64,000 nt of DNA, taken from positions 32,001 through 96,000 of the forward strand of contig CAVWUU010000003.1 of the NCBI GenBank assembly GCA_963758295.1. The letters run 5' to 3'. Position 1 is the stretch's first letter. Every line of letters begins with the position of its first letter. The stretch is from Candidatus Eremiobacteria bacterium (lineage in GTDB: Bacteria; Vulcanimicrobiota; Vulcanimicrobiia; Vulcanimicrobiales; Vulcanimicrobiaceae). Below the pieces are notes generated by a model that worked only from the letters and a program-made list of their open reading frames with translations, ran no database searches and was not told the DNA's origin. The position numbers were made by a program, and so were the translations under genes. Shown in pieces: positions 10,996-20,616 of the stretch.

Positions 10996-11366
10996 TGCAC
11001 TGGCTTTTACGCTTCATTATTACGGCCATCGCGATGTATGCGATCGCCGCCTACGTTCCCGGCTTCCATCTTACCGGCTGGGGCGCCGCCGTCATTGCCG
11101 CCCTCATCTTCGGCATCGTCAACGCGATCATCGGGCCGGTACTCCGGCTGATTTCGTTGCCGTTGACGATTCTAACCATCGGGCTCTTCTCGATCGTCGT
11201 AAATTGGATACTCTTCGCGCTTGCGGTTTGGCTTTCGCCGGGGTTCAAGACGACCGGATATCCCTGGCCTGCGTGGGAGTCGACGCTTGTCGGCGCCATC
11301 ATCATGATGCTCGTGAGCATGTTCGTAACGGCTCCGCTTGGCCGCCGGCCCCGCGAAGAAGTGTAA
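10995..11366 (+). CDS. phage holin family (superfamily IV / YvlD-like) membrane protein
   Basis: MHWLLRFII...ALIFGIVNAIIGPVLRLISLPLTILTIGLFSIVVN; GGAGG RBS; no phage context. Confidence 0.8.
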   Translation: MHWLLRFIITAIAMYAIAAYVPGFHLTGWGAAVIAALIFGIVNAIIGPVLRLISLPLTILTIGLFSIVVNWILFALAVWLSPGFKTTGYPWPAWESTLVGAIIMMLVSMFVTAPLGRRPREEV

Positions 11367-11475
11367 GACTTAACGCCAAGGAGCCGTTTCCTTGGAGTAA
11401 GGCTGTCCGCCGGGCCCGAACGATCCGATAACCGGGTGTGGCCCTTAGCTTTGGATTGCACGAGGAGAGTTTCGG

Positions 11476-13664
11476 ATGACGGACCGGGCGGTCCAGAAGC
11501 CGCGCGTTTTTTTGACGCGCGCGTACGCAATTCCAACGCGGTTTGGCATTGACCGGAGTTGCGGCGGTCGCCGCGACGACGCTAATCAGCGCCGTTCTTG
11601 GAACGTTCGAGAAGATAGAGTTGCTCTGGGTCGTTGTGCTGGCGGCGGTATTCGCTGCGGTGTTGCTTCCCTTAGCGCACTGCGTTCGATCGTCGGTGTT
11701 TGGCGTACGTTCGCGATCGCATGACCGTGGATTCGGGCCTTTCGTTTTCCGAGGCCGTTGCGCGCTTGAAACGGTTTCGGATGCAGATCGTCGTGCAGTT
11801 CGTGGCAGCCTACGGCATAGGTGCCGTCGTGGTTATCAGCCTGGCGAACGTGCTCGCCGGCTTGCCGATTACGATGAACGTCTCGTCCACATTGGTGGCC
11901 GGCCTCATTGGTGGCGCGATGGTGGAAGGCGCGCTCAACTACTTTAGCGCCGAAGCCTTGGTTGCCGAGTTGATCGCGATCGTCGCGAGCCTGCGCGGCG
12001 AGGCGGCACCCGTTTCGACGAAAGCTCGCGGCGGCATCGGCTTGCGCTTCATGACGGTGCTTGCGGTGGTTATTACCGTAACCGTTATTGCGATGGGCGG
12101 TGCTTCGATGCATCTGCTGCTGGGGCTCAATGCCGGGCGCATCAAACAAGACGAAATTCTGCGCCTCGGCGCAATCTACGCCGTCTGTTCCCTTGCCGTT
12201 GCACTGGTCATTGCGGTACTCGCCTCAAGGATTCTCTCGCGCAGCATCGCCAAACCGATTTTGCGCACCGTCGATTTGATGGAACGCTTGCGTCGCGGAG
12301 ACATCCTCCACGAAGACGAGCTCCACTCCGAGCCGCGCGCTTCGCATGAAGCGGGGTTGCTCGTAGCGGCCTTTGCGGAAGCAAATACAGGGCTGCGTCG
12401 CCTCGCGCGCAGCGGCGAACGCCTCGCTTCAGGCGATCTTTCCGTGAAGATCGTTCCGACGTCCGAACGCGATGTCGTAGCGATTGCCTTCAAACGCGTA
12501 GTAGAAGTGATTCAAACGGTCGTCGGCAACGTTCGCTCCACGGCGGAGTTGCTTGAGACTTCGGCGGCCTCTCTCGCGACGCGAGCCGACCAGTTCGTGA
12601 ACGACGCGCGCAGTAACTACGACGATCTTTCCGCCGTGTCGAAGAAGATGCGACCGCTGGACGGCGCCGTCAATGCGCTGGCGAGCGGCGCGCGGGAGCT
12701 ATCCGAGACAGCTTCGGGCGCGCGTGCGACAGCCGAACGCCTCGGCGCCGCCGCGCACAGCAACGCGGCCGGGCTCGATCAGCTTTCGCAAACGGCGAAT
12801 TCGACGATTGAGGCGGCCAACGAAGTGTTGCGCATCTCCGGATCCGCCGGAGCCAGCGCCGATGCAGCGAGCGCGGCAATCCTTCAAGCCGATCGGACCT
12901 CGGAAGAGGCGGCGAACGTGATGTCGGAACTCGTTAGAACCATCGAAACGCTGCGCATGAGTTCGCTGCAGATCGGTTCGATCACGGAAAAGATCGACGA
13001 AATCGCCGATCAAACGAATCTGCTTGCGCTTAACGCCGCCATCGAAGCGGCGCGTGCGGGCGAACACGGCCGCGGCTTTGCGGTGGTCGCCGATGAAATC
13101 CGCAAACTTGCCGACTCGTCGGCGAACGCGACGAAAGAGATCGCGTCGCTGATCCGCTCGGTCCAAGAAGAAACCGATCGCGCCGTTTCGGTTACGCGCC
13201 GCGGCAGCGATGCCGTTGAACAGGGTCGCACCAAGACCTCGCAAGTCGCTGACGCGCTCGAACGCATCGTCGACAGTGTAAACATCGTGCAACATCGTAT
13301 CGAAGCCGTTGTCCTGGCGCAGCGCGAACAAAAACATGCCACCGACGCGCTCATTGAATCGACCCTCCTGGTCGAACGGCTCACTGGCGACAATGCCGGC
13401 ATGGCGGCGTCGCTTTTGGTGCTCGCGGAGAAGCTGGAGCGTTCGGCCGGCGCAGGCGCAGGAGCCGTGGGCGGTGCGACCTCGCTTGTCGCTTCGGTCA
13501 CGCAACGCGGCGAACGCATCGCCGCCGCGTCGGACGAGATGCAGGCGCTTACGACGTCCTTACGCGACGAAGCCGAACGCATCCGAAGCGCGGTCGGCGA
13601 GTTCCGTCAAGATGCGACTTTGCTAGGCCCGGCGCAACGTGCGCTCCCCAGGCGAGAGGTCTAG
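11476..13664 (+). CDS. methyl-accepting chemotaxis protein (5' end frameshifted)
   Basis: [37 protein letters not shown]; likely start ATG 11476 after GAGGAG, joined via 11543 and 11700 frames. Confidence 0.88.
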
Positions 13665-13708
13665 CGGAAACCGCGGCTTGCACCCCCGGAAACCGCGGCT
13701 TGCACCCC
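13665..13708. repeat. perfect 22-bp tandem duplication
   Basis: CGGAAACCGCGGCTTGCACCCC x2. Confidence 0.95.
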
Positions 13709-13709
13709 G

Positions 13710-13718
13710 TGTTATAGT
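13710..13718 (+). promoter_or_regulatory. extended -10 promoter element for tmRNA
   Basis: TGtTATAGT 14 nt upstream of the mature tmRNA 5' end. Confidence 0.55.
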
Positions 13719-13732
13719 TGGTAGGCGTCCGC

Positions 13733-14086
13733 GGGGCTGAATTAGGCTCGACGAGGAGATCCGCGGTCGGCGTCAGCAAGCGGAGTTGCGAGCTCTCCTA
13801 AAACGATCGCAACGGCAATATCTGCCAACAACGAATACGCACTGGCTGCCTAATTTAGGTTAGTCACCGGACGCAGAGGGTCGGCCCGAACCGCTCTGCC
13901 TTCCGGCCAATAATTCGGGCTGGTACGGTCGCCTGATCTGACGATCGTACGAGATTAAGGGTCTGCTGCGCACGGTAAGTCCCGCTTTGAGACGTCCGTG
14001 CGAGTAAGCTAAAATCGAAGCTGAGCTTGGAGAACGCGTCGGCTAGGCTTTTCGGACTCGGGGGGCAGTACCCCGACAGCTCCACC
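13733..14086 (+). ncRNA. ssrA: tmRNA (one-piece), tag (A)ANNEYALAA
   Basis: 5' GGGGCTGAATTAGGCTCGAC, 3' CAGCTCCACCA; tag frame GCC AAC AAC GAA TAC GCA CTG GCT GCC TAA at 13824-13853. Confidence 0.96.
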
Positions 14087-14105
14087 AAATACGCGCTTTA
14101 GTCCA

Positions 14106-14315
14106 ATGAATGCATATTCGTTGGACTATTTCGTTTCGGACCCACGCGATGTATACGTCGAGACGGGCTTTTCGAACGCATGCTCGCGTCGGTGGTTCGT
14201 CGTGCAAGCTTGCACCGGCGATTTCCCGGAACGACGCATCCACGTCGAATGTGCGCGCGGTACGCCGGATGATCTACTGACCTATGAGGTTACCTTTTAC
14301 CAAGAGCGGGCGTGA
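14106..14315 (+). CDS. small hypothetical protein
   Basis: 69-aa ORF with protein-like composition; no family recognised. Confidence 0.45.
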   Translation: MNAYSLDYFVSDPRDVYVETGFSNACSRRWFVVQACTGDFPERRIHVECARGTPDDLLTYEVTFYQERA

Positions 14316-14387
14316 TGTCACTTTCTTGGGTTGTGGTTGGCGTACGCGGCGGCTGGGGGCTCTTCCGCGTTCATCTCTATCCAGCCG

Positions 14388-14717
14388 TTACGATCCCCGC
14401 ACGACGGTGATCGTTTCGTAGGTCTGAACTGAATAAGATTTTGCGGTTTCGACGATGTCCGTCACCACGCGTCCGATTTCCGCATCGTACTGCGCCGTGC
14501 TCCAGGCATCCGCGCTTTCCCAGACTGAAACGACGGATACGTCGGTTTTGCCTTCATTCAGCATCACCACGCATCCGATGAACCCTTTCCTGTCCGGAAC
14601 TAAGGTTTCAGCGGCGTTCCGAACCTCGCTCGAAATTCGCGTAACATCGCCCGAACCGAGATTAAAGGAAAGAACGCTAACGAATCTAGACGACTGATCG
14701 ATCGTAATTGCCGCCAT
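14388..14717 (-). CDS. antibiotic biosynthesis monooxygenase (ABM)-like protein
   Basis: MAAITID...KGFIGCVV...VSVVSVWESADAW; GGAG RBS. Confidence 0.7.
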   Translation of the reverse strand: MAAITIDQSSRFVSVLSFNLGSGDVTRISSEVRNAAETLVPDRKGFIGCVVMLNEGKTDVSVVSVWESADAWSTAQYDAEIGRVVTDIVETAKSYSVQTYETITVVRGS

Positions 14718-14817
14718 TCGATTTCTCCATACGAGAGCATAGAAGAGCTCCACGAAGGCAGGGCATTCGTCGGATATCGCGCTGGAACCGCCGCAAGCTG
14801 GAGCGGTACGGCGTTTT

Positions 14818-15003
14818 TTATTTTTCGCTGACGTCACTTATGCCCGGTGCGGGCCGCGTAGACGTCATTACGCTCAATATCTCTGCACGGGGCGGCAAAT
14901 AGTCGTGTTTCTTTTGGGCGTGCTCTTGTGTCGCGCGAACCACGTCCTCTTCCGTTTCACCGCTGAAAACGGTACCGCAGGGTGGGCAGAGTGCATATTT
15001 CAT
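14818..15003 (-). CDS. DUF1059-like small metal-binding protein
   Basis: CPPCGTVFSGETEEDVV...EHAQKKH. Confidence 0.7.
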   Translation of the reverse strand: MKYALCPPCGTVFSGETEEDVVRATQEHAQKKHDYLPPRAEILSVMTSTRPAPGISDVSEK

Positions 15004-15653
15004 CGACGTTTCCTTTCAGTAAGCTCGAGTAAGAATCCACGCACCATCGCGCGGGCGGCGAAGCGAATCGCCTCGACCGTTGCCTGCTCTTCGAGATCGC
15101 AGGCGTCGCGCAGCACATTAAGAGTCTCCACGCCTAAAAGAGTGCCGAGGGATCGGACCATAACGGCGTAGGTCGAGGGCGAAACTTTCGTTCGGAGAGG
15201 TTCGAGGACGCCATCCCACGCGAGGACCCATGGGCCGCTTAGCAACGGAATGTGCCGTTCGTGCGCCTCCGCCAGCGAGTGTTCGAACGAAATCTTCAAC
15301 AGCGTGCGCAACTCCGGCTCGTGCCGGATCAAGAGCGGCGCCAACTCCGTGAACACGGCATCCACGCGTTTGACGATCTCTGTTTGATCGCGTACGCGTG
15401 CGACGGCTTTCTTAACTGCGTCGATGAGCGGATCTGCACTGGCTTCGGCCAACAGCGTCTCTTGCGTGGGAAAGTAGCGGTAGGCCGTCGTGCGCGAAAT
15501 GCCGGCGGAATCCGCAACATCCGCTACGCTTGGGACCCTTCCCGATTCGCGTAGCGTTCGCGCCGCTTGCAACAGCTGCGTGCGGGTGCGCTGCTTTTGC
15601 GCAACTCGGCCGCCGTTCGAAGCTTTTCCCGCGGCGACTTGACGGAAAATCAT
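15000..15653 (-). CDS. TetR/AcrR-family transcriptional regulator
   Basis: RTRTQLLQAA...PSVADVADSAGISRTTAYRYFPT. Confidence 0.9.
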   Translation of the reverse strand: MIFRQVAAGKASNGGRVAQKQRTRTQLLQAARTLRESGRVPSVADVADSAGISRTTAYRYFPTQETLLAEASADPLIDAVKKAVARVRDQTEIVKRVDAVFTELAPLLIRHEPELRTLLKISFEHSLAEAHERHIPLLSGPWVLAWDGVLEPLRTKVSPSTYAVMVRSLGTLLGVETLNVLRDACDLEEQATVEAIRFAARAMVRGFLLELTERKRR

Positions 15654-15665
15654 GGCACCTTTATA

Positions 15666-15696
15666 GTACCAGAATACCGTTATGGGATTCAAGTAC
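15666..15696. promoter_or_regulatory. candidate TetR operator (imperfect palindrome)
   Basis: GTACcaGAATaCCgT-t-AtGGgATTCaaGTAC, 11/15 symmetric positions, between divergent tetR and cupin genes. Confidence 0.5.
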
Positions 15697-15731
15697 CATT
15701 ACGGTGCACCCCTAGCCGAACGGAGGCCTCA

Positions 15732-16172
15732 ATGCTACACGAGCGAGCCCTACATCACGTTGCGCCGGGTGACGGGCCCTGCATCCGTTACGGCGGACAA
15801 GAAATGCGCGTCAAACTGGATGCAGCCAAATCAAACGGCGAGTTGACGGTCATCGAAGACGTTATTCCGCCCGATTCAGGACCGCCGCTCCACGTCCATG
15901 AAAGAGAGAACGAAAGCTACTTCGTGCTCGAAGGCGACTTTGAATTTGTTTGCGGTGCTGATAAAGCGACCGGCGGCCCCGGGACCTTCGTGTTTGCTCC
16001 GCGAGGCATGCCTCATCGTTTCAAAAACGTCGGCAGTACGCCCGGTCGCGTGCTCTTTGGTTTTACGCCCGGCGGCGTTGAAGCATTCTTCGCCGAGCTG
16101 GGTGCGCGAACGGAACTTACTCCGCAAATCATGACCGAAATCGCGGCCAGCCACGGAATCACCATCTTGTAA
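15732..16172 (+). CDS. cupin domain protein
   Basis: GPPLHVHERENESYFVLEG...APRGMPHRFKN; GGAGG RBS. Confidence 0.88.
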   Translation: MLHERALHHVAPGDGPCIRYGGQEMRVKLDAAKSNGELTVIEDVIPPDSGPPLHVHERENESYFVLEGDFEFVCGADKATGGPGTFVFAPRGMPHRFKNVGSTPGRVLFGFTPGGVEAFFAELGARTELTPQIMTEIAASHGITIL

Positions 16173-16236
16173 CTTGAAAAAACGGGAATAAGCGGGCGCT
16201 TACGGGAGTTCCGCTTCGAGACAGGAGTCACGGCCG

Positions 16237-17256
16237 GTGCCGCCTCGGCGTTGTCGCTTCGTTGTGCGGTATTGCAAGATTTTTAGTCCGGCTGTCTTCG
16301 CGTGGCTTGCGCTTTGCGCAGCTGCGACGGTCGGGAACGCGCAAACTATGCCGAGCCCCTCACCGTCCCCGTCTGCGCGCCAGGCGCTCTCCGATGCGTG
16401 GTGGACGGGTCCGCTCCTGGCGCCCTCTGCGGGATCGTTGCCGCGCGGTCATATGTTAATCGAACCGTATGTTTACGACGTCGCGCAGTACGGAAATTTC
16501 AACGGTAACGGCGCGGTTAACGGGGTACCGCATTCGAACGGATTCGGGTCTCTTACCTATATCATCTACGGATTGGGAAACCGTTTAAGCGTCGGTGCTA
16601 TTCCGGTGTTCGCGTATAATACCGTGGCGAACGGGCCAAACAGCACGGGCCTGAAATTCGGTGATTTCGCCGTGCAAATGCAGTACCAGATCGTGCCTTA
16701 TCGACCGGGCAAGTGGATCCCCATGACGGCAATCAACGTTGGAGAAACGTTTCCAACCGGGAGGTACGATCGACTCGGCGATCGAGCTGCCGACGGAGTG
16801 GGAAGCGGAGCGAACGCGACCACCGTGTCGCTTTACACCCAAACGTATTTTTGGATGCCGAACGGGCGAATTTTGCGTTTCCGATTGAATGCTTCACAGT
16901 CGTTTTCCGGCACTGCCAATGTTACCGGCGTGAGCGTTTACGGCACTCCTGAAGACTTTCGCGGATACGCAAAGCCGGGTAACGGTTTTACCATTGACGT
17001 CGCGCAAGAATACAGCATCACGCGCAACTGGGTATTTGCGGTGGACGAGGTCTACCATCATAGCGGGAACACCCAGGTCGTCGGAACCAACGGCGTGACG
17101 AACAGCGGACAAAGCACCACGTATTATCTCGCCCCGGCGATCGAGTACAACTGGACGCCCAACGCCGGCGTGATTGCCGGCTTACGCCTCGTCCCGGCCG
17201 GCACGAATACCGCGGCGACCGTGACTCCGGTGATGGCAATTAATATCGTGCATTGA
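16237..17256 (+). CDS. exported transporter-like / putative outer-membrane beta-barrel protein
   Basis: Signal peptide, DAWWTGPLLA...IEPY, FGD, PTGRYD, APAIEYNW alternating beta pattern; true start may be downstream. Confidence 0.6.
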   Translation: MPPRRCRFVVRYCKIFSPAVFAWLALCAAATVGNAQTMPSPSPSPSARQALSDAWWTGPLLAPSAGSLPRGHMLIEPYVYDVAQYGNFNGNGAVNGVPHSNGFGSLTYIIYGLGNRLSVGAIPVFAYNTVANGPNSTGLKFGDFAVQMQYQIVPYRPGKWIPMTAINVGETFPTGRYDRLGDRAADGVGSGANATTVSLYTQTYFWMPNGRILRFRLNASQSFSGTANVTGVSVYGTPEDFRGYAKPGNGFTIDVAQEYSITRNWVFAVDEVYHHSGNTQVVGTNGVTNSGQSTTYYLAPAIEYNWTPNAGVIAGLRLVPAGTNTAATVTPVMAINIVH

Positions 17257-17993
17257 ACGCACAACTGCGCCTTTTACGATTCATGCGTTCGCAAAGATGC
17301 GCTGGTTGCCGTACGATACATCGCAATCGCGGGAGTGCCGCCGACCCATCCGGTTTCCGCACGAATCTCTTCACTCTTGAGAATCTCCAAAAGCTCCACG
17401 TAGTGCTGCAGATGGTCTTGCGCGGACGCCGCCGCCGCGAGCGGCGTCGTGGCTTTTGCGGACCGGCGAGCGACATTGGCCGCACTCGAAACAACGCAGC
17501 CTTCACCGCGCCGACCGATGTTCCGAGCGTCGATGCCGTTTCGTCCAAAGAGTTGCCGAGAACATCCTTCAGAATGAGCGCCCCGCGTTGCACGGGCGGA
17601 CGTTCAACGAACACGCTGGAGCGCGGCTTCAACCAGCGCGGGATCCACGCAATCGTCCTCGGGCTACGCGCGTTCCGGAACTTCGGGAACGACGTCGAGA
17701 TTGTTGCGCTCGTAACGCCTTAGAAAATCCATAGCGGTGTTGTGAACGATGGGAAAATCCAGGATTTTAAGTGGGCGGTTCGATCATCTGGGCGAGGGCG
17801 TAGTACGCTTTCGCAAGCGTATCTTGCACTACGTCCTCGCCGTCGAATACCGAACCGGTCATGCGAGCGCAACACCGATGGAGCTCGGGACGAGTGCGTC
17901 AACGAGATCCATGAAGCGGTCGCGCGCCTCGGCCATGGCCGGCAAGAAGGCGCGCGTTTCGTTGTCTATCTTGATTGCGCGGTACTCCGTCAA
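17240..17993 (-). pseudogene. decayed ECF sigma-70 factor
   Basis: Fragments [33 protein letters not shown] and QRGALILKDVLGNSLDETASTLGTSVGAVKAALFR; several frameshifts plus an in-frame TAG at 17664-17666. Confidence 0.8.
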
Positions 17994-18098
17994 TGTCTCC
18001 TACAACTCGCGTTCCGCGCAGGAGTTTCCGTTCCTCGAAATGCGAGCGCGTCCGGCACGGCATACTTCATCAGTCGCCGTGCCGGACGTAGTCTCGCG

Positions 18099-18494
18099 CT
18101 ACTTCGGAGTTGCGACGAACTGCAGTTGTCCGGCATCGGCGCCGTTTACCGACGAGCCGACGATTTTTTGGCCTTCCAGGTGACCGTTGATTTTTAACCG
18201 CGCGTTGGATCCGAAATCTATCCAGATCCGTGAACCGTCGACGCCGCCGGTAACCGGGACGAATTGCCCGTTGTCGTCAGGACGGTAATAGCCGTGCAAA
18301 ATGCCGTTGCCGTCGTCGATCAGTTGGAGCGAGCCCGTGACCGGATACGGTGATCCGTACGTCTGCGTGAGTGCGGTGCTATACGTTTGCGTGATCGGAC
18401 CGGACGATTGCACGGCAAGCGTCGCGGCCGGGGTGCCCAGCATGCAGGCGACCGCAAAGGCGATCGTGCGCGGGGCGAGCTTATTGAGAATCAT
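18099..18494 (-). CDS. small exported hypothetical protein
   Basis: MILNKLAPRTIAFAVACMLGTPAATLA signal peptide followed by beta-rich domain. Confidence 0.65.
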   Translation of the reverse strand: MILNKLAPRTIAFAVACMLGTPAATLAVQSSGPITQTYSTALTQTYGSPYPVTGSLQLIDDGNGILHGYYRPDDNGQFVPVTGGVDGSRIWIDFGSNARLKINGHLEGQKIVGSSVNGADAGQLQFVATPK

Positions 18495-18557
18495 GAGTCG
18501 ATTAAAACCCATTTCGCTGAGAATCGCATGCGCATGGAGCGGCGTCCGCTTGCTTGC

Positions 18558-18584
18558 GAACTTTCCAGCGAAATGGGTTCGTTG
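18558..18584 (+). promoter_or_regulatory. candidate ECF-sigma promoter for the 18620 gene
   Basis: GAACTT-N16-CGTTG upstream of GGAGG RBS. Confidence 0.35.
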
Positions 18585-18619
18585 TCTCTTCAGCAGATGC
18601 ATGTGGAGGGACAACAACC

Positions 18620-19993
18620 ATGCAAAGACTCGCAAGCGTGCTCGCGATCGTTCTCGCTGCGACAGCAGCGCCGGCCTTCGCTGTTGCACACGCGGAGCGC
18701 CCAACAGGCGGCGAACGGCCTCCCAGCGTGGAGCGCGCCGACCGGCCGGCAACGGAGCGGCCGGCTGTGGCCGAACGCGCCTTCGCAGAAAGGCCGGCAG
18801 CAGTCGAACGTCGCGCACCGGTGGGACGACCAGCGCCGATCGAACGGCCAGCGCCCATCGAACGAGCAGCGCCCATCGAACGCGCCGCCCCGATCGAGCG
18901 CTCCGCTCCGACCGAACGCGCCGCTCCGATTGAACGTCGAATTCGAATCGAACGTGCCGCGCCGGTGGAACGGGTTGCGCCGGTCGAACGCCCGCGCGTT
19001 ATGGAGCCGCGAGTCGAAGCCGCTCGTCCACAAATCATTGAAGTGCAACGGCCACGGATCGTCGCCCCGGTCCAACGTCCGCGCATAATCGAACGCGCGG
19101 CGCCCCGCATCGTGCGCGAGCCGCGCATGGTAACGGCACCGCGCATCGTGCGCGAGCCGCGAATGGTAGCGGCACCGCGCATCGTGCGCGAGCCGCGCAT
19201 CGTTCGTTCGGAACCGCGTGCGTCGTTCGTGCAAACCTATCCGCGATCGGTGGTATTCGGCAATCGTGCTCGCCAGTTCGTGCGTCCGCGCATCGAGTAC
19301 GTGCGCGAGGCCTTCGTGCGCCCGGTACGCCTCGTGCGTACGTATAACATCCGTCCCCACCGGTACGTTCGTTATTTCGCGCCCGTCCCGGTCGGATACG
19401 TGTATAGCGGCTATGCTCCGATCTATACGGCGCCCGTCTACACTACGTACCGCACGCAGTACGTCCCCGTAGTAGTAGGGTCGGCATATACGCCGTACGC
19501 GCCCTTCTACGGTTACGGCGCTCAGGGTACGCCCTGGCAAACCTACAACAACGGCGGCTACGACAATAACGGTGGCTACGACAATAACGGCTACGGCTGG
19601 AACGGCAATGGCTGGAGCGATAACGACGAAGACGATAATGTCGCGGCCTATCCGGTGCAAAACAATTACCCCGTGCAATATCCGTATCCCCAGCAGCCGT
19701 ACTACGGCTACGGCAACAACGGCTATCCGTACCCGCCAAGTTACAACGGGCCCGGTTACGCACGCTACGGGAGCTATTCGAATCCGTTCGGCAACGCGCA
19801 GTTGCAGGGCATCGTGCTTTCCAACAATGGATCGACGGTCGTGGTTCTTACGCCGAACCTCACGCCGGTTTTCGTAAACCTCGCGCCTGCGCAACAGCTG
19901 GGCTACGTCAACGGTTCGATGCAGCCCGGATCGGTGATTCAGGCTTTCGGCTACTCATCCGGAAGCGAGTTTATCGCAACGGCAATAGATTAG
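18620..19993 (+). CDS. exported repeat-rich low-complexity protein
   Basis: Signal peptide, (APIERA)n and (RIVREPRMVxAP)n repeats, Tyr/Asn/Gly-rich segment, small C-terminal beta domain. Confidence 0.75.
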   Translation: MQRLASVLAIVLAATAAPAFAVAHAERPTGGERPPSVERADRPATERPAVAERAFAERPAAVERRAPVGRPAPIERPAPIERAAPIERAAPIERSAPTERAAPIERRIRIERAAPVERVAPVERPRVMEPRVEAARPQIIEVQRPRIVAPVQRPRIIERAAPRIVREPRMVTAPRIVREPRMVAAPRIVREPRIVRSEPRASFVQTYPRSVVFGNRARQFVRPRIEYVREAFVRPVRLVRTYNIRPHRYVRYFAPVPVGYVYSGYAPIYTAPVYTTYRTQYVPVVVGSAYTPYAPFYGYGAQGTPWQTYNNGGYDNNGGYDNNGYGWNGNGWSDNDEDDNVAAYPVQNNYPVQYPYPQQPYYGYGNNGYPYPPSYNGPGYARYGSYSNPFGNAQLQGIVLSNNGSTVVVLTPNLTPVFVNLAPAQQLGYVNGSMQPGSVIQAFGYSSGSEFIATAID

Positions 19994-20042
19994 AAAATGT
20001 GTTCATCCAGCAATTTTCAGAAACGGCGGCTACGATAAAAGC

Positions 20043-20588
20043 ATGAACAGCAACATCATCCGCTCCGCCATCGCCGCGGCGGCGATGTGCGGAGTAATGG
20101 TCACCTCGATTCAGGCGCCCGCGCGCGCCGACGGTGCGGCAACTACGCGCACGATTATTGGTGCGGCAGCAGCGATCGCCGGCATAGCGACCGCAGTAAA
20201 CGTCGCACGCAAACATCAACAAGCGAATTCCGTGCAAGGGTATCTGCCCGACGGCAGCACCGTCTATGCGGACGGACACGTAGTCTCGACTAACGGCTAC
20301 TCCTGGTACCCGGGCAATCAAGGACAACAGGTCGCCTGTAACAACCAGCAGTGCTCGATCTACGGCAGCGGCCAATCCGGTTATAACAACGGCGGCTACA
20401 ATAATGGCGGCTACAACAACGGCGGCTACTACGGCAATAGCAACAGCGGCTATTACGGCAGTAACGGCGGCTACTACGGCAACAACAATAACAACAATAA
20501 CAACAACAGCGGCTATTATGGAAATGGCCAGTACGGAACCGGTTACTACCAACAGGGACATCGCAAGCGGCACGGTCCCGGCGCCTAA
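20043..20588 (+). CDS. exported Gly/Asn/Tyr-rich protein
   Basis: Signal ending PARA, hydrophobic segment, YNNGG repeats and poly-Asn. Confidence 0.75.
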   Translation: MNSNIIRSAIAAAAMCGVMVTSIQAPARADGAATTRTIIGAAAAIAGIATAVNVARKHQQANSVQGYLPDGSTVYADGHVVSTNGYSWYPGNQGQQVACNNQQCSIYGSGQSGYNNGGYNNGGYNNGGYYGNSNSGYYGSNGGYYGNNNNNNNNNSGYYGNGQYGTGYYQQGHRKRHGPGA

Positions 20589-20616
20589 AAAAACCAAAAC
20601 ATGCTAGAGTAGAGCG

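Noticed and set aside
10995..11366. Holin as evidence of a prophage
   Set aside because: Family is commonly chromosomal and no phage genes are nearby
11424..11431. Sigma28-like -10 (TCCGATAA) upstream of the MCP
   Set aside because: No TAAA-like -35 at the expected spacing
17725..17751. AAATCC-N16-CGATG near-match to the ECF motif
   Set aside because: Lies antisense within the sigma pseudogene, has a mismatched -10, and no credible gene follows
18700..19210. DNA repeats here and at 51430-51860 as CRISPR arrays
   Set aside because: Degenerate in-frame coding repeats with no unique spacers and no cas genes
14087..20600. Integrative element at the tmRNA 3' end
   Set aside because: Accessory-looking genes and a pseudogene follow ssrA, but I found no integrase or duplicated ssrA 3' end (att site)
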